64,000 nt of DNA, taken from Acidobacteriota bacterium. Lineage in GTDB: Bacteria > Acidobacteriota > Vicinamibacteria > Vicinamibacterales > UBA2999. The stretch covers positions 16,302 through 80,301 of the forward strand of contig VFZN01000012.1 in assembly GCA_016871195.1 (NCBI GenBank), in the 5' to 3' direction. The position numbers were made by a program, and so were the translations under genes. Shown piece by piece: positions 8,773 to 18,752 of this stretch; the stretch's first letter is position 1, and every line of letters starts with the position of its first letter. The notes beneath the pieces were generated by a model. That model was not told where the DNA came from. It saw nothing but the letters and a program-made list of their open reading frames with translations, and did no database searches.

Positions 8773-9787
8773 GCGACAGCCCGGCGTTCGAGGTCAGCTG
8801 GTCACTGTTGGCCAGCATGATCAGCGTCAGGCGCCGTGCGGGCGCCTTGAGGATGATGCCTGAGTAGGCACCGGGCACCTCGGAAAACTGCCAGATGAGC
8901 GGTTCGCCGTTGTAGTCCTGAACAAACCAGCCCAGCCCCGTGGGCAGGGCCACGCCCGAGAAATTGGCTGGCGTCCACGCGAGGGCCCGGTTCTCGGGCA
9001 GCAGCAGGAGGCCCTCGTCCAGTGCCGCTTCGTAGCGGGCCAGATCTCGTACGGTCGACACCAGGCCATGTTCGGCATTGAGCGCGCGCGGTACGTAGTC
9101 ACCGCGCACCACCCGTCCGGGCCGCTCGACCCGATACGGCACGGCCACCCGAGCCACGATGGCGGAGAAGCGGGCGAGCTGGTCGTCGCTGAACAGGTCG
9201 CGGGCCTTGTTGTCAGGCACCACCAGATCATGGCCAGGCACCGTGTCGGTCATGGCCAGCCGCTCGATCACGGACGCATACACCCGCTGGCGATAGGGGA
9301 CGGGGTTACAGGCCTGCGCCACGGCCGTCAATTCGGCAAAGCGCTCTGGCGCATAACGGAACATCCCCGGGGGCTCGCCGTCGCTGGCATGGGCCAGCAC
9401 GTGCCGCACCGTGGCGCTCCGGGAGGGGAACTCGCTGACCCAGCGGCTGATGGGCTGGTCAATGTCTAAGCCCCCCGCCTCGACGCACGTCCCCAGCATG
9501 AGGGCCCCGACGGGCTGCGTCAGACTGCCGATGGGAAACGGCGTGTCGGGACGGACCCGGATGTTTTTCTCGACATCGGCAAACCCATAGGCCCCCTCCC
9601 AGACTGGAGCCCGGCCGCTGACAATCAGCGCGGTCATGCCGGGAATGCCCACCTGCAGCCGAAGGGTATCGACATAGCGGCCGAACAGGCTGAACAGGAG
9701 TTCCTGCGCCGACGCCTGAGGCGCAGACGTCGTGGCGACCAGCATCGCCAGTGCGAGAGCAACGAGGGCGCGCGGGAGCGATGGCAC
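8714..9787 (-). CDS. Serine hydrolase, beta-lactamase/AmpC-like family, exported
   Basis: IPGMTALIV, GFADVE, TPFPIGSLTQ, GLVSTVRDLARY, GLGWF and IMLANS. Start GTG9787 is 8 nt after TGcTATCAT. Confidence 0.85.
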   Translation of the reverse strand: MPSLPRALVALALAMLVATTSAPQASAQELLFSLFGRYVDTLRLQVGIPGMTALIVSGRAPVWEGAYGFADVEKNIRVRPDTPFPIGSLTQPVGALMLGTCVEAGGLDIDQPISRWVSEFPSRSATVRHVLAHASDGEPPGMFRYAPERFAELTAVAQACNPVPYRQRVYASVIERLAMTDTVPGHDLVVPDNKARDLFSDDQLARFSAIVARVAVPYRVERPGRVVRGDYVPRALNAEHGLVSTVRDLARYEAALDEGLLLLPENRALAWTPANFSGVALPTGLGWFVQDYNGEPLIWQFSEVPGAYSGIILKAPARRLTLIMLANSDQLTSNAGLSRGDVSTSPFVRIFLRLFVS

Positions 9788-9866
9788 TACGCCGGATGAT
9801 AGCACCACACACACGGGTTGCGGCGCAGTGTCCGTGACTGCGTGGTGTGTGTTACGCTCTGGACGC

Positions 9867-10412
9867 GTGCGTCATCTTTCCTCCACCGTGGCCGTGCTGC
9901 CTCTGCTGGCGCTGCTGCTGGTCGGCACCGTGCCACTTCAGGCTGAGACGGTGCGTGTCCGGCCCCAGGTGCGCGATGGCCACGTGCTGGTCTCCTTCGC
10001 CCTCGATCAGGGGTTCACCGACGATGTCAGGGCCGTGATTCGCAGCGGCCTGCGTACCACGTTCACCTATACCGTCGATCTGCGTCTCAAAGTGCCCGCA
10101 TGGGTCGACCGCACGGTCGCGTCGGCGGTGGTCGCCACCACCGTGGAATACGACAACCTGACACGACGGCACACGATCAGCCGTACGCTCGACGGACGGA
10201 CCCAGGAGACACGCGTCGTCGACGATGAGGCCGTAGTGCGGCAGATGCTGACGGAGTTCGAGCGACTGCCGCTCTTCCGGACCGGCGTGCTGCAGGAGCA
10301 TCGCGATTACTACATTGTCGTGCGGGCCGAGGCGCGTCCGCGCAGCGGCGCGGGGCTCTGGCCCTGGGGCGGAACGGTGTCCGGGTTCGCGCCCTTCACA
10401 TTCATTCCGTAG
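9867..10412 (+). CDS. DUF4390-like exported protein
   Basis: Signal peptide; AVIRSGL.TTFTY.V.L and YDNLTRRH pattern. Start GTG9867 follows TGtTACGCT. Confidence 0.7.
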   Translation: MRHLSSTVAVLPLLALLLVGTVPLQAETVRVRPQVRDGHVLVSFALDQGFTDDVRAVIRSGLRTTFTYTVDLRLKVPAWVDRTVASAVVATTVEYDNLTRRHTISRTLDGRTQETRVVDDEAVVRQMLTEFERLPLFRTGVLQEHRDYYIVVRAEARPRSGAGLWPWGGTVSGFAPFTFIP

Positions 10413-10423
10413 GCGGGTCGGGC

Positions 10424-11719
10424 ATGAGCAACGAGGCGGCGACGACATCGGGGCGAGTCAGGCACCTGCTGATGGCGGTGGCCGCGCTGGCGGGCCTGTG
10501 GGCCGCACACCCGCTGGTCGCTCAGGTGCCGGCATCCGGCGTGTTGCGTCCGGCCATCGAGGTTCCCGCACCGGCGGCTGATGGTAGTCAGGCCTACGCC
10601 CTCACCACCGGCGCTGACGGCCGCACCTATCTCAACTGGCTGGAGCCAGTGGGGACCGATGCGCATGCCCTGAAGTTCTCGGTGCTCGAGGCCTCCGGAT
10701 GGGGGCCCCCGCGCGAGATTGCCCGGGGCACCAACTGGTTCGTCAACTGGGCCGACCGCCCGTCGCTGGCAGCGCTCGGTGACGGCACCCTGCTTGCGCA
10801 CTGGCTGGTGCATACCGGACGCGCGAAGGGCAGTTACGGGTATGGGGTGCAGGTGGCGCGCTCGAACGATCGGGGACGCACCTGGACCCGCACCTTCAAC
10901 GACGGCATGGAGAACGTGGCCGACTACGACGGCTTTTTAACATTTGTCCCGAATGCGACGGGCGCCGACGCCGTGTTCCTGAGACCCGAGACGCCCGATG
11001 TGCCAGTGGTCGGCGCGTCGGGGCACGACGGTCATGCGGTGGCCGATGACGAGCACATCAAGACGGTGGCGGTGGTGTCGTTCGGGGGCGACGGGCGCCC
11101 CGGTCCAGTACAGACGGTGGATGCCGATGCCTGCACGTGCTGCATGACCGACATCGCGCGCACGCCGGATGGCCTGATTGCGGTCTTCCGCGACCACCAG
11201 CCTGGAGAGATCCGCGACATTTCCGTCGTGCGACAGGTCAACGGCCGATGGACCCCGGCGGTCCCCGTCGCGCAGGATGGCTGGAAGATTCCCGGATGCC
11301 CGACCAACGGACCGGCCATCGCTACCCGAGGACGGCAGGTGGTCGTGGCCTGGTTTACCGCTGCGAACAACACGCCCCGACTCAAGTGGGCGACGTCGAC
11401 CGATGGTGGCGCCACGTTCAGCGCCCCTGTTGTGGTCGATGCTGGAGCCCCGGTGGGCTATCCCGATGTGGTCCTGCTCGACGATGGCACGTCGGTTGTG
11501 AGCTGGCTCGAGCGGAAGGGTGAGGGCGTCGGCGAGGTGCTGCTGCGGCGCGTGTCTGCGGCGGGTGTGGCGGCGCCCACGGTGGCGGTAGCGCGCAGCG
11601 TCAGCGGGCGCGGCACGGGTGTGCCGAATCTGGTGCGCGCCGGCGGAGACCTGCTGGTGGCCTTCCGGAAGGATCGGGTGCAGACGGCCCGTGTGCCGCT
11701 CGCCGCTGTGCCGCGGTAA
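10424..11719 (+). CDS. Exported BNR/Asp-box (sialidase-like) beta-propeller protein
   Basis: Asp-boxes SNDRGRTW and STDGGATF; WFVNWADRP, DACTCC and GCPTNGP motifs. Confidence 0.8.
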   Translation: MSNEAATTSGRVRHLLMAVAALAGLWAAHPLVAQVPASGVLRPAIEVPAPAADGSQAYALTTGADGRTYLNWLEPVGTDAHALKFSVLEASGWGPPREIARGTNWFVNWADRPSLAALGDGTLLAHWLVHTGRAKGSYGYGVQVARSNDRGRTWTRTFNDGMENVADYDGFLTFVPNATGADAVFLRPETPDVPVVGASGHDGHAVADDEHIKTVAVVSFGGDGRPGPVQTVDADACTCCMTDIARTPDGLIAVFRDHQPGEIRDISVVRQVNGRWTPAVPVAQDGWKIPGCPTNGPAIATRGRQVVVAWFTAANNTPRLKWATSTDGGATFSAPVVVDAGAPVGYPDVVLLDDGTSVVSWLERKGEGVGEVLLRRVSAAGVAAPTVAVARSVSGRGTGVPNLVRAGGDLLVAFRKDRVQTARVPLAAVPR

Positions 11720-11808
11720 GCCCTCATCCACGGGGCCTCAGCCGTCTGCCAGCCCACGCGTTGGTGCGCAGACGTCAGCTGTGGCCGGCCGCGCGCGCGA
11801 CCTTTCGA

Positions 11809-12444
11809 TTAGGGCGCGAGGCGCACACGTGACCAGTCGTCGCCCTGGCGCGTGTACAGCAGCCGGTCGTGCAGCCGACTGGTGCGCCCCTGCCAGAACT
11901 CCACGGCATCTGGTACGACCCGGTAGCCTCCCCAGAACGGCGGCAGCGGAATGTCGCCGTCCGCATACGTGACCTCGAGCTGCGCCAGGGCATCGTCGAG
12001 GGTCGCCCGCGAGGCAATGATCTGGCTCTGTGGAGAGACCCACGCGCCCAGTTGGCTTCCGCGCGGGCGCGACCGGAAGTATTCGAGCGACTCGTCCGGG
12101 CGGAGTCGTGCCGCCTGGCCGGTGATACGCACTTGCCGTTCCAGTTCGGCCCAGAAAAACAGCAGGCACGCGCGGGGACGCGTGGAGAGGTCGCGACCCT
12201 TGGCACTCTCGTAGTTGGTGAAGAACACAAATCCCGTGTCGTCCAGCCCCTTGAGCAGCACGGTGCGGGCGGCCGGGTCACCCGACGGAGACACCGTCGC
12301 CAGCGTCATCGCATTCGGTTCGAGCAACTCGGCGCGGACGGCCTCGTCGAACCACTGCCGGAACTGGATGAATGGATCAGGAGCGGCTTCGGATTCCACG
12401 AGGACGTGCGAGCGGTAGTCGCGTCTCAACTCGGCGATCGACAT
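11809..12444 (-). CDS. pdxH: Pyridoxamine 5'-phosphate oxidase
   Basis: LRRDY, EPNAMTLAT, RTVLLK, ERQVR, YFRSRPRGSQ, EFWQGRTSRLHDR and RLAP. Confidence 0.97.
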   Translation of the reverse strand: MSIAELRRDYRSHVLVESEAAPDPFIQFRQWFDEAVRAELLEPNAMTLATVSPSGDPAARTVLLKGLDDTGFVFFTNYESAKGRDLSTRPRACLLFFWAELERQVRITGQAARLRPDESLEYFRSRPRGSQLGAWVSPQSQIIASRATLDDALAQLEVTYADGDIPLPPFWGGYRVVPDAVEFWQGRTSRLHDRLLYTRQGDDWSRVRLAP

Positions 12445-12449
12445 GGGTC

Positions 12450-14990
12450 TCAGTGTAGCGGTTCGGCGCCGCTCAGCGGGCGCGTGACCCAGACACCCAG
12501 GGGACGCCGGTCTGCCGATCCAGGAACGTGCGATGCGGGAACGAAGGCCGAGTCGGCCGAGATGGTGAGCGGCGTGAGCGATGTTCCGGTGCGCGGGATC
12601 TGGACGTCGAGGGGAACACCGGCCACGAGTGTGACGGTGTCCTGCCATCCGCGACTGGCGAGCGTGACCCGGTTGGTCGGCGCGTCGCTGCGCAGTCGCA
12701 CGGTCACAGAGGGTGACCGTGCGGTGGCTGAGGCGGGGGCCGCGGCTGGCAGCGAAATCGTCGCGGGGGCACCGGCCATGACCCAGACACCGCTGCCGGC
12801 ATCGATGCCGGCCGTGTCGGTATGCACCAGCACGAGGCCGCCCGGTGTATAGGTCGCCCCGACCACCTGTGGCACCTCAGGTCTGAGCGCGGCGGGGATG
12901 ACGGACAGGGGGGTCACGCTGATGCGGGTGAGGGCGTGTTCGAGCGCGGTCGTGCCGCGGAGTCCGACGAAGACTGCGTCCGCGGGTAGCGTCAGATCGA
13001 GTTGGGACCGTCCGCCTGCTCCTCCCACGTCAAGGGTGGTGAGGGGTGGGCCCGTGCGCCCGATCTGCAGGCCGATGGTGTCTGGCAACGGCACGGCGCC
13101 CGGCGTCCAGTCCACGGTGACGCGATAGCGCCCGGCCGGCAACGACCAGCGCCCGTTCAGCAGCACACGCAGGGGTTGCGGATCGCTCCGCAGCCCCGGG
13201 GTCACGTGCAGGTCGAGGAGCGGCAGGGTGTCTGACGCCGCCATCCGAGTCAGCGGCGTGTAGAGCAGGGCCGCAGGCCGGGCTTGCGGGTCAAACCCGT
13301 CGAGGGCGAAGAGCCGCGACCGCGCCTCGAGTCGCGGGCCCGGGAGAACCGCGTCATGTGGCCAGAGGCTCACCCCGGTCGACGCCAGGATGACGACGCT
13401 GGCGAGGCCCAGCAGAGCTCGGACCCCGTCGACCCCCGGTGCCCTCGGACGGAGGCGGCGCACGACGAAGGCCACGCCGCAGGCGACCGTCAGCCAGACG
13501 GCCCCATGGACGAGGGCGGTCGGCAGTGCATCGTGGCGGAAGGTCGGCAAGGCCCGCCACGCCTCGTTCAGCGGCGAGATCCAGACGAGCAGCGGGGCGA
13601 GGCCAGGAAATCCCCGCACGCCTGCCCCTGTCGCATCGGTCCACAGCACGGCCGCACTCATCCAGAGTCCGCACCACAGCAGCGCATGTCTCATCGCCCG
13701 GGGAGTCGAGTGGAACGGCGCTGTGGACCAGCCTGCAGCCACCAGAGGCGCCAGCAGGGGAAGAGCGGCGGCCAGCGGCCAGGGCTGGTTCGGGTCGGTG
13801 CCCCACCACTCCGCGTGCCCCGCAGCGGCAACGACCAGCACCAGGAGCGCCGAGGTCGCCGTGACGAGTCGTACCCGGGCCTCGGCGGTGCGTTGCCAGA
13901 GGGCAGGCACTCCTGCCACCAGCAGCCACAGCACAGGCACCCAGTACAGAAGTCCGTGTCGCTGGTCGAGCCACAGGCCAGCCAGCACGACCACCGGGGA
14001 CGTTGAAGCACCGTCGATGGCGGTGACTGAGGCAGGGCCTGCAGGCCACCAGACGGGCAGCGGCATCAGGCCCGTCGCTGCAAGACCCACCATCGCCACA
14101 AACGGCGCCACCATGGCCGCCAGCGTGGCGCGTTCGGGTTGACGGGTGGGGGCTGACGCGACCAGGGCGGCCATGCGTCCCAGCAGCAGCACCAGGGCCA
14201 GCGGCACGATGTCCGCGCCGAACCAGGTCAGCAATCCGCACGAGAGACCCACGAGGAGCGCCGGGCGCGCCGCCGTGGCCACCGCCACCGCGCTCATGAC
14301 CGCCAGCGCCGGACCGCCCGCGCCCAGCGTCTGCAGGGCGGGCACTGACAGGACCAGTGCCACCGTCGAGAGCAGGGCCGCCCCCTCGTCGGTCGTCGCG
14401 TCTCTGGCCGCGGCCAGCGTGCCCCACGCCAGTGCCGCGAGCAGCGTCAGTCGCAGCCCCACGCCGGGCGGTGTCAGCGGTTCCATGCCGTCGATCGGCG
14501 TGGCGGTGAGCAGGGCGACCGCACCACACAATACGATGAGGGACAGCGCGGCATGACCGAGCCAGTCGCGCCGCTGCCGCGAGACCCATGCGTGCACGGT
14601 GGGGGTGGAGATGAGGATCCAGGCCAGCACCCCGAGCACGACGGTCCAGACCGCGCTGCGCAGCGGACCGGCCAGCAGTCTGAGCGGGGTGAACGCGTCG
14701 GCGAGCAGCGGCACATACGGCACGACCAGCACGGCGAGGAACAGCAGCGGCACCCAGCGGGCCTGGATGCCGTGCACGGGATCCGCCTGACGATGCGCGA
14801 TTGCAACCAGCCCGATCAGCGAGGCAGCGGCCAGCAGGAAGCCCAGCAGGGCTTCCCAGCCCGGCAGGTAGGCCAGTCTGACCGCGCGCCCGTCGATGAT
14901 GACCAGGTCGAGGACGCCCCGGGAGACCCACCACGCGGCAGCCGTCACCAGCCCGGCCAGGATGGTGAGGAGTCTGAACCGTTGCAGCAT
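12450..14990 (-). CDS. Large polytopic membrane protein (GT-C-like) with C-terminal soluble domain
   Basis: Many hydrophobic segments; GLWLDQRHGLLYWVP and EWWG motifs resemble GT-C-type proteins. Confidence 0.6.
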   Translation of the reverse strand: MLQRFRLLTILAGLVTAAAWWVSRGVLDLVIIDGRAVRLAYLPGWEALLGFLLAAASLIGLVAIAHRQADPVHGIQARWVPLLFLAVLVVPYVPLLADAFTPLRLLAGPLRSAVWTVVLGVLAWILISTPTVHAWVSRQRRDWLGHAALSLIVLCGAVALLTATPIDGMEPLTPPGVGLRLTLLAALAWGTLAAARDATTDEGAALLSTVALVLSVPALQTLGAGGPALAVMSAVAVATAARPALLVGLSCGLLTWFGADIVPLALVLLLGRMAALVASAPTRQPERATLAAMVAPFVAMVGLAATGLMPLPVWWPAGPASVTAIDGASTSPVVVLAGLWLDQRHGLLYWVPVLWLLVAGVPALWQRTAEARVRLVTATSALLVLVVAAAGHAEWWGTDPNQPWPLAAALPLLAPLVAAGWSTAPFHSTPRAMRHALLWCGLWMSAAVLWTDATGAGVRGFPGLAPLLVWISPLNEAWRALPTFRHDALPTALVHGAVWLTVACGVAFVVRRLRPRAPGVDGVRALLGLASVVILASTGVSLWPHDAVLPGPRLEARSRLFALDGFDPQARPAALLYTPLTRMAASDTLPLLDLHVTPGLRSDPQPLRVLLNGRWSLPAGRYRVTVDWTPGAVPLPDTIGLQIGRTGPPLTTLDVGGAGGRSQLDLTLPADAVFVGLRGTTALEHALTRISVTPLSVIPAALRPEVPQVVGATYTPGGLVLVHTDTAGIDAGSGVWVMAGAPATISLPAAAPASATARSPSVTVRLRSDAPTNRVTLASRGWQDTVTLVAGVPLDVQIPRTGTSLTPLTISADSAFVPASHVPGSADRRPLGVWVTRPLSGAEPLH

Positions 14991-14998
14991 GCGGGGCT

Positions 14999-15010
14999 GA
15001 TTGTACAATC
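14999..15010. promoter_or_regulatory. Palindromic bidirectional -10 element GATTGTACAATC
   Basis: A perfect 12-bp palindrome gives TACAAT on both strands, 7 nt from GTG15017 (+) and 9 nt from ATG14990 (-). Confidence 0.6.
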
Positions 15011-15016
15011 GCGCCC

Positions 15017-16723
15017 GTGAAACCCGCGGTGCTTCTCCTGTTGCTGCTGTCGGTCGGGGCGTGTCAGCCGGCGCCCTCGCCGGGACCGCCGGCCCGAACA
15101 ACCGAGTTCGACCTGGTCATTGCGGGCGGACGACTGGTCGATGGCACCGGCGCGCCGTGGTCGCTGGCCGATGTCGGCATCGTCGGCGACCGCATCACAG
15201 CCATCGGCGACCTGCAGGCCCGCACCACGGCCCGCACGATTGACGGCCGCGGGCTCTATGTGAGCCCGGGCTTCATCGACATGCTGGGGCAGTCGGAGTT
15301 CAACGTGCTGGCCGACAGTCGCGCGGCGTCGAAGATCACGCAGGGCGTGACGACGGAGATCACGGGAGAGGGGACGTCGATTGCCCCCCTCAACGATCGG
15401 CTCGCCGCCGAGGCGCAGCCCAACTATCAGGCGTTCGGAGTGACACTCGACTTCCGCACCCTCGGAGAATATTTCGCGCGGCTCGAGTCCCGATCGCGGC
15501 CCGCGATCAACATCGGCACGTTCGTCGGGGCCGGCGGCCTCCGGTCGTATGTCATCGGCGATTCCCAGCGTGCTGCCACAGTCGAGGAACTGCGGCAGAT
15601 GGAGCAGCTCGTCCGCGAGGCGATGGAGCAGGGAGCGCTCGGGCTGAGCACGTCGCTGCAGTATGTGCCCGATCGTTTTGCGTCGACCGACGAAATCGTG
15701 GCTCTGGCTCGGGTGGTCGCCGGGTATGGCGGGCGTTATCTGACCCATCAGCGTTCAGAGTCACATCAGATCATGGCGTCGCTCGACGAAGCGTTCACGG
15801 TGGCCGAGCAGGCGAACATTCCCACGGAAGTCTGGCACCTGAAGACGGCCTATCGTGCCAACTGGGGTCGGATGCCCGAGGTGCTGCGACATCTCGAATC
15901 CGCGCGCGCGCGGGGGCTGGATGTGAGCGCAAACATCTACCCGTACGACCGCGCGTCGAACGGCCTCGATGCCTGCCTGCCGCTGTGGGTGCGCGACGGC
16001 GGCACGGATGCGATGCTGGCGCGACTCAAGGACCCGGCCAACCGCGCGCGCATCAGGCGCGACATGGAAGACCCGAGTCCGAAGGACTGGGAGAATCAGT
16101 GGTACGGGTCTGGTGGCGGCGACGGTGTGCTGCTGTCGTCGGTGCTCGATCCGTCACTGCGCAAGTGGGAAGGGAAGACGCTCACGGAGATCGGACGCGA
16201 GATGGAAGTCGACCCGCGCGACGCCGTGATGGATCTGGTCATCGCCGACCGGGGCGAGTCGTCTGTGATCATCTCGATCATGCGCGAGGATGACGTGCGG
16301 GCGGCTCTTGCGCACCCGCTGATCTCGATAGGCACCGACTCGGGCGCACGCGCAGAGGATGGTCCGCTCTCGGTCTCGAAGTCACATCCCCGGGCCTGGG
16401 GGTCGTTCGCGAAGATTCTTGGCACCTATGTGCGCGACCAGCGCCTGCTGACCGTCGAGGACGCGGTGCGGAAGTTCACGTCGAGACCGGCGGCGCGCAT
16501 GGGCCTGCTCGACCGGGGCCTGCTGCGGCCCGGTTTCAAGGCCGACATCACGGTGTTCGACCTCGCCACCGTCCAGGATCGCTCGACGTACACACAGCCA
16601 AACCAGTACTCGACCGGAATCCGTCATGTGCTGGTCAACGGGCAGGCCGTGGTGAGCGACGGTGCCATCACCGACGCTCGCCCCGGGCAGGTCATTCGCG
16701 GGGCGGGAAAGGTCGTCCGCTGA
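15017..16723 (+). CDS. N-acyl-D-amino-acid deacylase family amidohydrolase, lipoprotein
   Basis: LVDGTG..ADVGI.GDRI, PGFIDMLGQS, HQRSE, HPRAWGSF and G.KADITVFD; lipobox SVGAC. Confidence 0.9.
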   Translation: MKPAVLLLLLLSVGACQPAPSPGPPARTTEFDLVIAGGRLVDGTGAPWSLADVGIVGDRITAIGDLQARTTARTIDGRGLYVSPGFIDMLGQSEFNVLADSRAASKITQGVTTEITGEGTSIAPLNDRLAAEAQPNYQAFGVTLDFRTLGEYFARLESRSRPAINIGTFVGAGGLRSYVIGDSQRAATVEELRQMEQLVREAMEQGALGLSTSLQYVPDRFASTDEIVALARVVAGYGGRYLTHQRSESHQIMASLDEAFTVAEQANIPTEVWHLKTAYRANWGRMPEVLRHLESARARGLDVSANIYPYDRASNGLDACLPLWVRDGGTDAMLARLKDPANRARIRRDMEDPSPKDWENQWYGSGGGDGVLLSSVLDPSLRKWEGKTLTEIGREMEVDPRDAVMDLVIADRGESSVIISIMREDDVRAALAHPLISIGTDSGARAEDGPLSVSKSHPRAWGSFAKILGTYVRDQRLLTVEDAVRKFTSRPAARMGLLDRGLLRPGFKADITVFDLATVQDRSTYTQPNQYSTGIRHVLVNGQAVVSDGAITDARPGQVIRGAGKVVR

Positions 16724-16724
16724 C

Positions 16725-18752
16725 GTGGCATCTCAGGCGATGGTAGCCGCCCTGGCCGCGGGCTGGCTCGGCGCGGCCCTGGTCTTTCCGCCATCACAGT
16801 CACTCTGGCTGCTTTTTGGTGGCGGTCTCGTCGTGGGCCTGGCGATCTCGCGCTTCATTGCACAGCGACGGGGCATCAGATGGGAACGGCTGCTGTCGGA
16901 CGAATACGACGCACACGCGCTGGCCGTGGTGCTGCTTGGCACGTGCGTCTACATGTTGGGGCACAACCACGGCGTATCCTCGGACGGCGTCGTGTACGTG
17001 GCGCAACTGCGCAGCCTGGTCTTCGACCATGACTTCGATATTGCCCGGGAAGTGGAACTGCTGAGGCAACCGGCACGGCCGCACTATGTCGTGCCCGTCG
17101 GGCCGCTCGTGGTGTGGAGTCCGCTCTATCTGCTCGTGGCGCTGATCGACACGGTGGGGCGCGCCGTCGGCTGGTGGTCGGCGCCCGCGGATCCGGGGAG
17201 CATTGGCCTCGGCACCGCGTTCATCCGCGCCCTCATGTTGTCATCGGTGGCGTTGGCCTCGGCTGGCCTGTGGAGCGTTCACCGCTCCGTGCGGACAGCA
17301 TTCACCCGCGCCAACACCCTGGTGACGACGCTGCTGCTGCTGGGGGCGACGCCTCTCACGTGGTACTTCGTCTACGAGCCGACCATGACCCACGCGGCCA
17401 GTTTCGGACTCGTGGCGGTGTTCATTACACGGGCGAGTGACTGGGGCCGACGGCCGTATTCCCGCTCGCAGGCACTGATGCTGGGAGGCCTCATCGGCCT
17501 GGCATTCCTCGTGCGGCCGCAGGATGTGCTCTTCGCGCTCTGGCCGGCCGTGGTCGTGATGACGATGCCCGGGCGCGCGTGGACGGCGCGGGTGCGCGAC
17601 ACGCTGGGGCTGGCGTGGTGGGCCGGGCTCGGCACGCTGCCGGCCCTGGCGCTGCAGGCGGTCCACAGTCAGGTGGTGTTTTCGCAGTACAGCTACGCCC
17701 TGGTCGGCCAGGGCGGGTATCTGCATCCCTTCGAGTCGCGCTGGCTCGACACGCTGTTTTCGTCGTGGCACGGGTTCCTCTCGTGGCATCCCGTGGCCTA
17801 CATCGCGGTGATCGGCACCGTCGCGCTGCTGTGGCGGGACACCCGGTGGGCAGTCACCGCGCTGCTCGTCCTGCTCTCGATGGCCTGGGTCAACGGCTCG
17901 ACTCAGGACTGGCACGGCAACGGGTCGTTCGGGGGCCGGCGCTTCAGCAGCATACTGGTGCTGCTGGCCCCGGGGCTCGCCCTGGTGCTCGAGACCGTGT
18001 TGCGGCGACCATGGCTGATGCTGGCGCCGATCGGGGCATTCGGGCTCTGGTGGAACGTGTTGCTGATGGATCAGTTCGCCACGTTCATGGTGCCACGCGA
18101 AGAGCGCATCAGCTTTGCGAAGATGGTGCGACAGCAGGCCGATCTGCACACGCGGCCGCCGTATCGTTTCCTGTTCACGTTCCCGGCGGATCAGTGGTTT
18201 GCCTGGCGCACCGGATTGCCGGCGGCCAAGTACGACCTGCTGGGCCCCGAGTCGCCGGTCTGGCCGTTTTCCACGGATTTCCCGAGAGAGGCGGAGCGGT
18301 TCCTGCTGAGCGGGTGGGATGCCCCGACCGCCGACGACTTCGGTCAGGGCTGGTGGACGCTGGGACCCGTGGCCGAGCTCGCCGTGCCGCTCGCCTATGA
18401 GGGGGGAGGCGTGGCCATCGACATCCGGAGTCGGACGCGTTTCGAGGAGCCGACCTACGAGGTGACGCTCGCCGTCGAGGTCAACGGGGTGACCGTTGGG
18501 CGCTTCGCGTCTGGTGTGCCGGCGGCCAATGACGTGTCACTGACCGTCGCTGGGGAGCAGGCTGCGGAGATCGTCCGCCCCGGCTTCAATGTCATCACGC
18601 TGCGACACGTCGATCTGCAGAAGCGCGATCCGTCCGATCAGCGTCCCGGCGGGACGCTGGCTCGACGCGCCGGACGCGGCACGGCGTGGCCCGTGGCCGT
18701 CTACAAGATCACGGTTCGCCCGGCCGAGGGCCCGGCCTCCGGAACGCCCTGA
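16725..18752 (+). CDS. GT-C-like membrane glycosyltransferase
   Basis: SDGVVY..LRSLVFDHD first-loop motif, multiple TMs, LVRPQD, LFSSWHG.L.W.P and SFGGRRF. Confidence 0.65.
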   Translation: MASQAMVAALAAGWLGAALVFPPSQSLWLLFGGGLVVGLAISRFIAQRRGIRWERLLSDEYDAHALAVVLLGTCVYMLGHNHGVSSDGVVYVAQLRSLVFDHDFDIAREVELLRQPARPHYVVPVGPLVVWSPLYLLVALIDTVGRAVGWWSAPADPGSIGLGTAFIRALMLSSVALASAGLWSVHRSVRTAFTRANTLVTTLLLLGATPLTWYFVYEPTMTHAASFGLVAVFITRASDWGRRPYSRSQALMLGGLIGLAFLVRPQDVLFALWPAVVVMTMPGRAWTARVRDTLGLAWWAGLGTLPALALQAVHSQVVFSQYSYALVGQGGYLHPFESRWLDTLFSSWHGFLSWHPVAYIAVIGTVALLWRDTRWAVTALLVLLSMAWVNGSTQDWHGNGSFGGRRFSSILVLLAPGLALVLETVLRRPWLMLAPIGAFGLWWNVLLMDQFATFMVPREERISFAKMVRQQADLHTRPPYRFLFTFPADQWFAWRTGLPAAKYDLLGPESPVWPFSTDFPREAERFLLSGWDAPTADDFGQGWWTLGPVAELAVPLAYEGGGVAIDIRSRTRFEEPTYEVTLAVEVNGVTVGRFASGVPAANDVSLTVAGEQAAEIVRPGFNVITLRHVDLQKRDPSDQRPGGTLARRAGRGTAWPVAVYKITVRPAEGPASGTP

